Source: a virus
DNA: 64,000 nucleotides
Virus record (IMG/VR): IMGVR_UViG_3300045988_109366
Coordinates: 32,001-96,000 of that record
Direction: 5' to 3' (one strand)
This document shows, in pieces, positions 38,155-46,049 of the stretch; the stretch's first letter is position 1; each line of letters begins with the position of its first letter. The notes under the pieces were generated by a model. The model did not search any database, was not told the DNA's origin, and saw only the letters and a program-made list of their open reading frames with translations. Position numbers and translations under genes: made by a program.

Positions 38155-38624
38155 GATAATAATCTGGTTTTTAATTTACCATCCTCCTCGACCCTAGGTG
38201 CGAGATCCCTCATCCTTCTGGCTGCCAACAGCCATACGTTGCCAAACTCGTCCAAGAGCCGGCTGAAATCCATCGTATCTAATAGATAATCGAATCTTGT
38301 ATGCTCATCAGCCGTCAAGTAGATAATGTTATCATTATCCTCGGCGACCGATTTATATTTCCGTTTAGGGTATAAGTGGCATATGTTGCTTACCCCCGGG
38401 CATGGTATGTATGCGCCAGTAGCAGATCTCCTTGTCATACTCAATCTAGCCACATGGGCGCCAAAGAAAACGGCTAGGCTCTTCCCCTTTGGCTTGGCCT
38501 TCACCCGTATCGCCGTCCTTCCCTTTGGCGGTAGTTCCCTAGCCCGGCACGCAGGGCACAACCCCTTGCTCCTTATGGCTACCATCCTGCCGCACCTCTC
38601 ACATGGTAACATCCTACCCTTCAT
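38124..38624 (-). CDS. HNH / NinG-like endonuclease
   Basis: N-terminal CERCG..CPAC zinc ribbon. C-terminal ICHLYPK...NDNIIYLTADEH (H-N-H spacing). Confidence 0.45.
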   Translation of the reverse strand: MKGRMLPCERCGRMVAIRSKGLCPACRARELPPKGRTAIRVKAKPKGKSLAVFFGAHVARLSMTRRSATGAYIPCPGVSNICHLYPKRKYKSVAEDNDNIIYLTADEHTRFDYLLDTMDFSRLLDEFGNVWLLAARRMRDLAPRVEEDGKLKTRLLSWIEENKDYF

Positions 38625-38659
38625 AAAACAGGTTCAAAGAAACCCGCAACTGCCATAAG

Positions 38660-39151
38660 TTGCTGAAACGGTTGAGAGGACGTGAGAAAAGATTCGCTAC
38701 CATCGTGAATCACAGTATTAGCAAATGGCTTGTTGCGAAGGCCAAGAAAGAAAACAAGGGTATCGCTATCGAGGATCTTAAAAATATCCGATTCGGCATG
38801 AACTTCAAAAGACGAAACAAAACATTTCGAAGAAGAAGTAACTCGTGGAGTTTTTATCAGCTTCGTTCCTTTCTTGAATATAAATGCAAGATGAATGGAG
38901 TTAAGATCATTGCCGTCCCTCCGGCTTATACCTCGCAAACATGCCATGAATGCAAACATATAGGTATTCGCAATGGGAAGCGATTCCATTGTAAATATTG
39001 TGGCAATATTGCAGATGCGGACATTAACGCTGCTAGAAATATTGCTACATGGGGGTATGTAAACACCCATGAAAGATGGGAATTGTTGTCGTGTTCTATA
39101 CATGATGGTATTTCTACGTCTAAAGCCCATAAATCTTTAGTTTACGGGTAG
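38660..39151 (+). pseudogene. tnpB: tnpB 3' fragment (C-terminal half only)
   Basis: GIAIEDLKNI (RuvC-II), WSFYQLRSFLEYKCKMNGVKII, YTSQTCHEC..CKYCG (zinc finger), ADADINAARNI (RuvC-III). No N-terminal half and no ATG. Antisense to the surrounding genes. Confidence 0.7.
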
Positions 39152-39152
39152 T

Positions 39153-39521
39153 TTACGCTTTTTTCTTTTTATAACTTTTATTAAACTCCATGAGGCTCAT
39201 GGCTCTATATCTCTTAAGCCTATCTATTTTGCCCTTCGTCCAATCCTGATCCTTGAAATTGATGATCGTGTCGAATATCTGAGCTAGTTCCCGGATATTA
39301 AAACTCCTGTTTTGTATCTTCTTATAGAACCCCGATCTGCTATATCCTAATTTAGAAGCTAGATAAGTTTTGTTAGACAATGTGAGGATACGATAAATCG
39401 TACCCTCCATCTTGCTTATCTCCATCAACTTCTCGGCGACGGATGATGTGGTCTCATAGCTAGCTTTATTGCTTACTATTCTCATGTTTCTCCGGATTCC
39501 TGATCTTACCATCAAACTCAT
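39153..39521 (-). CDS. putative HTH DNA-binding protein
   Basis: YLASKLGYSRSGFYKKIQN looks like a helix-turn-helix. Confidence 0.35.
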   Translation of the reverse strand: MSLMVRSGIRRNMRIVSNKASYETTSSVAEKLMEISKMEGTIYRILTLSNKTYLASKLGYSRSGFYKKIQNRSFNIRELAQIFDTIINFKDQDWTKGKIDRLKRYRAMSLMEFNKSYKKKKA

Positions 39522-39930
39522 AGAAGTCCATCAGTTTCTTCTCTTCCTTGATACAAGTGACAACGAAATCTGATATGGTTCCTTTCATGCCTTCCTCGAA
39601 ATTCTTTTTGGCATGATCAAGGTCATTGGCCCGAACGATGTAGTTAAACGCCTTGCGTTTCTCATTCCCCGATTTCTCGTCTATCGTAATATAATCAGCC
39701 GTGACCTTATAGAACCGGTCTCCATCCATGGCGAATAATTCCGCTATCCGGAATCGTTTGATATCAACACTAAACTCACCGGAGATGAATGGTCTCATTT
39801 CCTCTATGATTCTAGCCTCACATTCGGTATAAGAAAGGGCATCTACTAAATACTCTTCCTTTACCTTCTTCTTCATGCCATTCTCGGCATCGGTCTCATA
39901 AGAAACCGTACATTTAAACCAATTGTGCAT
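39466..39930 (-). CDS. DUF4494-like protein
   Basis: WFKCTVSYETDAENGMKKKVKEEYLVDALSYTECEARIIEEM matches a pattern recalled for DUF4494 of Bacteroides and crAss-like phages. Confidence 0.45.
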   Translation of the reverse strand: MHNWFKCTVSYETDAENGMKKKVKEEYLVDALSYTECEARIIEEMRPFISGEFSVDIKRFRIAELFAMDGDRFYKVTADYITIDEKSGNEKRKAFNYIVRANDLDHAKKNFEEGMKGTISDFVVTCIKEEKKLMDFYEFDGKIRNPEKHENSKQ

Positions 39931-39934
39931 CTTA

Positions 39935-40618
39935 TTAATCTATGTTGTTGTTAAACAATGGGTAATCCTTTATCCCTTCACGAATATATCTTTCCGTATC
40001 ATCATCCACGTCATAAGCTTTCTTAAAAAACGTCATAGCCGTATTCGTATCATGATCCACCAACGGAAGATATTCCTTTACAAAAAGGAATCTAAGATGA
40101 TTCATATGATCAATCTTATTTCTTACATCGATTACCTTCGACCAGATCTCGGCATGGATTTCACTCATTCTTTTTATATCCTTCTTGTATTTATCTACCT
40201 GATCTTTATACTCCTCCTCAATCTTATTATTCTTGTCCTTTATAGATTTGTAGGACTCCTCATCTTTCGTATCAAACATTGGAATATGTTTGATATTGAT
40301 TATATCCAACTTATTATATATCTTCTCATTGGATATAGTGAAATCGTATGTAGTCTTGTATAAATCAAACTTACTTAAGAACTTAGCTATTTTAATAGCA
40401 TCATCCTGATTAAAAACAGCTATGCTCAATCCTTCTAAAAGGTAGAAGAAATTAGATGGAGAAATAGGTTTATAGTCGTATGTCTTCATAACTGGAGGTT
40501 CGTCCACAAACCTAACACCCTCCTTAGCGCATCTTGTTATGATCAATCTATCTATCTGCTCGTCAGTAAGATCATATATCTCCTGATCGGTCATCTCATT
40601 AATTGTCTTCATCGTCAT
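39935..40618 (-). CDS. hypothetical protein
   Basis: 227-codon ORF. Confidence 0.6.
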   Translation of the reverse strand: MTMKTINEMTDQEIYDLTDEQIDRLIITRCAKEGVRFVDEPPVMKTYDYKPISPSNFFYLLEGLSIAVFNQDDAIKIAKFLSKFDLYKTTYDFTISNEKIYNKLDIINIKHIPMFDTKDEESYKSIKDKNNKIEEEYKDQVDKYKKDIKRMSEIHAEIWSKVIDVRNKIDHMNHLRFLFVKEYLPLVDHDTNTAMTFFKKAYDVDDDTERYIREGIKDYPLFNNNID

Positions 40619-40877
40619 CCTTCTCCATCATTATAGCCTTTACCGCCTTTTGTTTATAAACCTCACTCATAAGGCAGGTAAAATCCATATCATCCATACC
40701 AGCCATAACATTGGCTTCTACTTCCAAATTCATCTCAATGTCCATTACCGAGACTTCATAGTTACTATCATCTTCTTTATAGAAAATGACTTTGCCACCA
40801 TACTCGAAACCATCATCTTCGGTCTTAACCATATCGATGATCTTCTCCAATTTCTTTACAAACTCACTCTTTTTCAT
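40599..40877 (-). CDS. hypothetical acidic protein
   Basis: 92-codon ORF. Confidence 0.55.
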   Translation of the reverse strand: MKKSEFVKKLEKIIDMVKTEDDGFEYGGKVIFYKEDDSNYEVSVMDIEMNLEVEANVMAGMDDMDFTCLMSEVYKQKAVKAIMMEKDDDEDN

Positions 40878-40899
40878 ATATGCAATTTTTATGTGTCTA

Positions 40900-40907
40900 C
40901 AAAAGTA
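40900..40907 (-). promoter_or_regulatory. -7 promoter box TACTTTTG inside a 7-bp hairpin
   Basis: TAnnTTTG match on the minus strand, 22 nt upstream of ATG 40877. Embedded in TGTCTAC-TTTT-GTAGACA. Confidence 0.4.
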
Positions 40908-41069
40908 GACATTTTGTTTTTGAATTAAATTAAATAAACATTATTAATAGTTAATACCATCCTTTCTTCTATCATTCATATTTATTCTTTTAAGTAATTA
41001 TATACAACCTTACACTACAAACATACTGAATTATTTTTATATATAAATAATAATCCATATATTCGTGCC

Positions 41070-42293
41070 ATGAGGCTAGTTGAACAACATATAATCAAGC
41101 AAAGCTCAATATATTACAATGAGATTCAAGATCTGTTGCATAAGTGCAAAAACTTATACAACAAAGGATTGTATGTTGTTAGACAACATTACTTTCAATA
41201 TAAGAATGATAATACCGTTAAGTATAAATACCTCAACTACTACCCTCTTGAAAAGAAGTTAAGAACAGAAGATGACGTTGACTATCGTGCTTTACCGTCA
41301 CCGGTAGCCCAACAGGTATTGATAATGGTCGACCAGAATTTCAAGTCCTTCTTCAATCTTCTTAATAAGAAAGGTAGAGGTGAATATTCTGAGAAAGTAA
41401 GAATACCTAAGTATCTTGATAAAGATGGGATGTTTATGGCTGTTTTCCCAACAACAGCCTTTTCTCAAAAATGGATAAAGCAAGGTATTATTAAGTTGCC
41501 AAAGCAATTCTCTTTCACCACGAGAACTAACAAGCAAAATATCCAACAACTCAGGTTCGTCCCTAAGAATGGATATATTATACTTGAAATCGTATATAAC
41601 AAGAAAGAGAAAGATCTTATATATGATAACGGTAATTACCTTGGTATTGATCTTGGACTTAACAATTTAGCATCTTGTGTATCAAATACCGGTTCCTGCT
41701 TTATCATCAACGGTAAGCCTCTAAAATCTATCAACCAGTATTATAATAAAAGATTAGCATATTTAAAATCTAAATTAAAAGACAATAAACAAGTCTCAAA
41801 GCAAATAAGGTCGTTAACCAACAAAAGGAATAACAAGATCAAGGATTATCTGCATAAAGCCAGTAGGGTATTGATTAATCATGTAGTCTCCAATGGCATT
41901 AATACGATCATAATCGGTCATAATAGATGTTGGAAACAAGAGATCAATATCGGAAAGCGGAATAATCAGAACTTTGTTTCTATTCCTTTTAATATGTTTA
42001 TCTCAATGATATCATATAAGGCTACACTTGAGGGAATCAATGTTAAGATCGTTGAGGAATCCTATACCTCAAAATGTAGTTTCTTGGATAACGAGCAGAT
42101 TCGTAAGCATGAGGAATATGTCGGAAGACGTATCAAACGAGGATTATTCAAGACATCTTCCGGCAATATTATTAACGCCGATATCAACGCTGCATTTAAC
42201 ATCATTAGAAAATCGGCAAAAGAAGCCTTCGATGTAAGTATCTTGCCAGAAGGTAGAGGGTTTTGGTGGAACCCGATACGGATTTCCGTATAG
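41070..42293 (+). CDS. tnpB: TnpB-family RNA-guided endonuclease, zinc-finger-less clade
   Basis: VEQHIIK...LYNKGLYVVRQ N-terminus. RuvC-I YLGIDLGLNN, IIIGHNRCWKQE, EESYTSKCSFLD, RuvC-III NADINAAFNIIRK. Confidence 0.85.
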   Translation: MRLVEQHIIKQSSIYYNEIQDLLHKCKNLYNKGLYVVRQHYFQYKNDNTVKYKYLNYYPLEKKLRTEDDVDYRALPSPVAQQVLIMVDQNFKSFFNLLNKKGRGEYSEKVRIPKYLDKDGMFMAVFPTTAFSQKWIKQGIIKLPKQFSFTTRTNKQNIQQLRFVPKNGYIILEIVYNKKEKDLIYDNGNYLGIDLGLNNLASCVSNTGSCFIINGKPLKSINQYYNKRLAYLKSKLKDNKQVSKQIRSLTNKRNNKIKDYLHKASRVLINHVVSNGINTIIIGHNRCWKQEINIGKRNNQNFVSIPFNMFISMISYKATLEGINVKIVEESYTSKCSFLDNEQIRKHEEYVGRRIKRGLFKTSSGNIINADINAAFNIIRKSAKEAFDVSILPEGRGFWWNPIRISV

Positions 42294-42339
42294 ATATATA
42301 TCATTTTACGATTTTAGTGTAAAATGGTATATAATCACC
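42252..42339 (+). ncRNA. candidate omega-RNA 3' scaffold of element A
   Basis: Overlaps the tnpB 3' end. Hairpins at 42258-42274 and 42276-42291 are conserved with compensatory changes in the copy at 45948-46037. Confidence 0.5.
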
Positions 42340-42753
42340 TACCCCAACATCTGCTCCATCTTCTTTAATCCAATTATCCGTATCGCAATGCCAACAATAT
42401 CCTGTTTTGGAATCCTCTTTATGAGAATGAGACCCACAAGTAGCGCACCAATAATTATCATCCGTATCGTATGCGTAGCTTTTATCCTCATGCATCTTAG
42501 CTACTCTGACCATTCTATCTTCTAGCAGTTCTTTTAGATAAGGGCATTCATAAGGTCTATCCTCCTCCCGTAATATCCAAAGCTCGATATCCGTCATCTC
42601 CCCCATCCTGTCCGTGCACATCCGCTCGGCGGCATGACGTACGCTATCTTCCGGCATCCCCGGGACTATCTCCCGGATCACTGCCTCCATCCTCTCTTGG
42701 TATTCGGTGTCTACCTTAGCCACCAAGCCTTCTAATTTATCTATTAAGCTCAT
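42301..42753 (-). CDS. hypothetical Cys-rich protein; last 12 codons encoded by the element A terminus
   Basis: 150-codon ORF. ...GADVGV|GDYIPFYTKIVK*, where the part after the bar is the reverse complement of the element end. Confidence 0.6.
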   Translation of the reverse strand: MSLIDKLEGLVAKVDTEYQERMEAVIREIVPGMPEDSVRHAAERMCTDRMGEMTDIELWILREEDRPYECPYLKELLEDRMVRVAKMHEDKSYAYDTDDNYWCATCGSHSHKEDSKTGYCWHCDTDNWIKEDGADVGVGDYIPFYTKIVK

Positions 42754-42760
42754 AATTTTT

Positions 42761-42775
42761 ATTGTATATAATTAC
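42761..42775 (-). promoter_or_regulatory. solo copy of the LE-type motif GTAATTATATACAAT
   Basis: 15-mer identical to 61214-61228. Lies 7 nt upstream of ATG 42753. Either a promoter or a solo terminus. Confidence 0.35.
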
Positions 42776-42960
42776 TATTTGATATTTATAATCTTTTGAT
42801 CTCTCATCTCATTCTTATCCTTGAACATCATTATCCTATTAACAATACCTTCCGATTCCATGTACGTCGAGAATCCATGTATCCTTAGATATTGAATAGC
42901 TGATAATGATTTCTCCAATATCTCCCTATACTCCATATCTGTTTTAACTGCTTTCTCCAT
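42775..42960 (-). CDS. hypothetical protein
   Basis: 61-codon ORF. Confidence 0.45.
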   Translation of the reverse strand: MEKAVKTDMEYREILEKSLSAIQYLRIHGFSTYMESEGIVNRIMMFKDKNEMRDQKIINIK

Positions 42961-43132
42961 GATCTTTTCCCTCCATTTCTTCTAATATGATTTTAGCCAA
43001 TCCAACGGGCATGAGCGGACGTCTTGCCTTCCCCGACCGCCTACCCATATACGCCGGCTCCACCGGTAACGCCGCCCATGGCATCTTGGATGTCTCTCCC
43101 GTAAATCTGATAGTGATCGCCACAGCTCTCAA
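42944..43132 (-). CDS. hypothetical protein
   Basis: 62-codon ORF. Confidence 0.4.
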   Translation of the reverse strand: MRAVAITIRFTGETSKMPWAALPVEPAYMGRRSGKARRPLMPVGLAKIILEEMEGKDHGESS

Positions 43133-43150
43133 ATGTTACTTGATAGCTGT

Positions 43151-44236
43151 TTAATCCCATCCTAATTGTCTCGCAATACCTTCCATCTCACTATACGCGA
43201 TCCTGTGACATCCAACAACCAATATATCATTCTTATAGCTATTGGTCTTCCATTTGTGACCGGTTGTATCCAATACCATATCGTGTTGGAATTTACTGCC
43301 ATTATGGAAGAGCTTTATCAATTTCCAAAGTCTCTCAGCTTCAGCTCGTCCTATCTTGATATTCTTGCTAGTCTCAATTATGCCACTCTTAATGCGAAGC
43401 CATACGTTAGGCTGGTCATCCTCCAAATAATAATGTGGATATAATTCCAGAATCTTGCCAGACTTCCACATCTCGATCTGTTCTTCAAATTTTTTCTTGC
43501 GATCTTCTTTTTCTTTTCTTCTTTTTTCAAAAATTAAAGCCTCTTTTTTCGCCTGACTGTCTTTCCATCTCTGACATCTGGCCGCATACTCAGCCCACGT
43601 TCCTTCACCACAAATCTCATCTACTATCACATTGGTCGTTCCTAAAGTTTCTAACGCTTGATGATTTAGCAATACCTCAAACACACGCTTTAACTCATGG
43701 ACGTATTCACTTTTAATCTTATCCGATTCATAAGATAACTCATGTTTAGTTCCGATCCAGGTGTTTGCACTCTTTTTAAGAAGGCTCTTGGGAGTACCCA
43801 TATTAAAGAACTCAATATAATCCATTAGACTTCTAAATACTCCCCAAACATCCCTATAAGACAGGCTTGTTCTAACCTTCTTGTATTTCTCGATAGCCTC
43901 TTTGATAAGCTCCAATCGACTGGTGATAAAAGCCATGCTGCCATCATCAGACATATTATATCCAACAGAAAATACCTTTGAGCCAGTTGGTATTGCACTA
44001 CGAACACAATGTTGATGTTTACAGGTGGAAGAAGAATAATACTTATCGTTAAGCAAATACGCCTTTTCACCACACTTATTTCTTACGATTCTTCCAACCT
44101 CAAAATGATAGCCATAAGAATAAATACTTTCACCTTCAAAGAAGAAATTGCTACCTCTAGCTGATTCTTTCTTTTCGTTCGCCCATAAATGAGCTACCAT
44201 ATAGTTATTCATATCAATGTTTTTTTTGTTATGCAA
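43151..44236 (-). CDS. hypothetical protein
   Basis: 361-codon ORF. Conserved-looking N-terminus AHLWANE..ARGSNFFFEGESIYSYGYHF. Confidence 0.6.
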   Translation of the reverse strand: MHNKKNIDMNNYMVAHLWANEKKESARGSNFFFEGESIYSYGYHFEVGRIVRNKCGEKAYLLNDKYYSSSTCKHQHCVRSAIPTGSKVFSVGYNMSDDGSMAFITSRLELIKEAIEKYKKVRTSLSYRDVWGVFRSLMDYIEFFNMGTPKSLLKKSANTWIGTKHELSYESDKIKSEYVHELKRVFEVLLNHQALETLGTTNVIVDEICGEGTWAEYAARCQRWKDSQAKKEALIFEKRRKEKEDRKKKFEEQIEMWKSGKILELYPHYYLEDDQPNVWLRIKSGIIETSKNIKIGRAEAERLWKLIKLFHNGSKFQHDMVLDTTGHKWKTNSYKNDILVVGCHRIAYSEMEGIARQLGWD

Positions 44237-44533
44237 TTACAGATTAATAATACGATATACGTTCATTACATCCGACATCTTGAATTTATCAACATCCGTA
44301 TTCTCAACATCATATGTATATGAGTCAAACAAATTACTTACCGCGCTCAACCAATCATCATCTGTCGGTTCTTCTACCTCATCCATACAATCATACACAT
44401 CCCAGTAATTCATGAGGATACCTTTGTACGCTATTTTCGGACCAGCGTATTCTCCTCTTGACATAAAGCAGATGTTTTTGCCGGCTTCGTTGCCGGCAAC
44501 TATCTTTTTGTAATCTTCTATAATCTTATTCAT
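44237..44533 (-). CDS. hypothetical protein
   Basis: 98-codon ORF abutting the upstream gene. Confidence 0.55.
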   Translation of the reverse strand: MNKIIEDYKKIVAGNEAGKNICFMSRGEYAGPKIAYKGILMNYWDVYDCMDEVEEPTDDDWLSAVSNLFDSYTYDVENTDVDKFKMSDVMNVYRIINL

Positions 44534-44565
44534 TTTTCTGGTAATGATTATGTGTAGACTAAAAA

Positions 44566-45462
44566 TTACTTTAACTCAAATTTAATTCCTTCCGGAAGTT
44601 GGGATCGATCCACGTTATTCACGAAATCATCAAACTTTTCTTTAGTGATTTTTTCTATATGATCACACCAGTTAAAGACTAACGTGTTCGTATGATTATA
44701 ATATATTACATTATTAACAGATAATCCATGATCAAACACACAGAGTATTATCTTCTTCTCAACTTCTGCCTTTCTAATTTGTTTGTCATATAGTTCACAA
44801 ATCTTGGCACGCTCTTTCATCATCTTTGCGTTATGAGTCTCTTCCCGGCGTTTTTCTATATTTTCTGTGGAATAATACCCAGCTTCAATGCGCTCTTCAA
44901 TAAAAGATCGTTCCTTGTCTGTTAGTATTAGGGTAAACCTTTCTTCTTCCAGCTCATATGGATTAACCCATTTCTTTCCACACAGGTTTTCAAGTTCAGC
45001 AAGAAGTTCGTCTGATTCATGTTTCCATCTATCCACAACCCCCATATCGAATAGCAGATACTTAAAATACATCTTATCGTCCGCTGCTTCAGATAATTTG
45101 GAATATTCCTTGTCTGATATACGTAAATATTCAATAGCCACAGACTTATTGCTATTCTTTATGTGATACGTGCCATTTTCCACCGGATATATAGGAGCAC
45201 CATAATGGTTACAACAATGCAACGGTATGAATTTAGCTAATTCCGGACAATGTTTTATAATCTCATCGTGACAGCAACCTCCCATATACTCCTCATATCG
45301 TCCATATTTGTTTTTTTGTCTGATATCGGCCGTTATGCTCCATTCGCACATATTGTTATGACAATCATCATCTAAAGATACAGTGACTATTATTCTATAT
45401 TCCTCTCCATCTTCTTTAAAATAATTTGTTTGCTTATAAATTAGTTTGTTTGCAGTTTCCAT
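44566..45462 (-). CDS. hypothetical Cys/His-rich protein
   Basis: 298-codon ORF. Confidence 0.6.
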   Translation of the reverse strand: METANKLIYKQTNYFKEDGEEYRIIVTVSLDDDCHNNMCEWSITADIRQKNKYGRYEEYMGGCCHDEIIKHCPELAKFIPLHCCNHYGAPIYPVENGTYHIKNSNKSVAIEYLRISDKEYSKLSEAADDKMYFKYLLFDMGVVDRWKHESDELLAELENLCGKKWVNPYELEEERFTLILTDKERSFIEERIEAGYYSTENIEKRREETHNAKMMKERAKICELYDKQIRKAEVEKKIILCVFDHGLSVNNVIYYNHTNTLVFNWCDHIEKITKEKFDDFVNNVDRSQLPEGIKFELK

Positions 45463-45702
45463 ATCATTTTAGTTTAATCATTATACTTGTGGAAAATAAA
45501 ATCCGCACATTCTCCGGGGAGTGTTCCTGCGTCATTACAACGGTAGAATCCTTGTGTTTCCAAATCTACATCTACCGGATAACCTTCTGCTGCTTCCAAG
45601 AAGCGTTTGATTTCCTCACATTCTTCATCCGTTAATCCAGTGTAATCATCATTGATTAACGGGCAAGCCCAATAAATCGGGAGCCTGTATCTTATTATCT
45701 CT

Positions 45703-46037
45703 GGCGATTATATACTATTTTACACCAGATATGTTATAAAACATACAGATGTTATTTAATTTCATATTCTTCTTTTCTAACTTTGTTTCACCCAATCGAA
45801 TCACATAGTCCCTTGTTTCGGACAAGACGATTGGGTAAAAGAGGTCTTTGATATAAGGTTTTACCCTAAAAAAATATTCGTTGGGTAAGTAAAATCAAAA
45901 ACGTTTTGTTTAGTAAAAGAATCCGGCGATCTCACTTTTGAGCAACCGGTAGAGGGTATTGGTGATACCCAGTACGGATTTTCGTACAAATGCATATCAT
46001 TTCTCATTTTTTTGGTGTAAAATGGTATATAATCACC
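45703..46037 (+). mobile_element. non-autonomous (MITE-like) derivative of the element A family
   Basis: 24-bp TIRs with 22/24 identity. 8-bp direct repeat TTATCTCT at 45695-45702 and 46038-46045. No ORF inside. The left ~45 nt and right ~130 nt are homologous to element A. Confidence 0.8.
45948..46037 (+). ncRNA. orphan omega-RNA-like module (no adjacent nuclease gene)
   Basis: About 80% identical to 42252-42339. Hairpins at 45954-45970 and 45972-45987 keep their pairing through double substitutions. Confidence 0.45.
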
Positions 46038-46049
46038 TTATCTCTATAT

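Larger units (their letters stand above)
40993..42339 (+). mobile_element. tnpB-only element with inverted termini (element A), antisense to the phage operon
   Basis: LE AGTAATTATATACAACCTTACACT at 40993-41016. RE reverse complement GGTGATTATATACCATTTTACACT at 42316-42339. 19/24 inverted identity. The LE is 22/24 identical to the LE of element B. Confidence 0.7.

Noticed and set aside
38621-39130. 169-codon minus-strand ORF.
   Set aside because: It is exactly antisense to the plus-strand frame that carries clear TnpB RuvC-II, zinc-finger and RuvC-III motifs. It has no motifs of its own.
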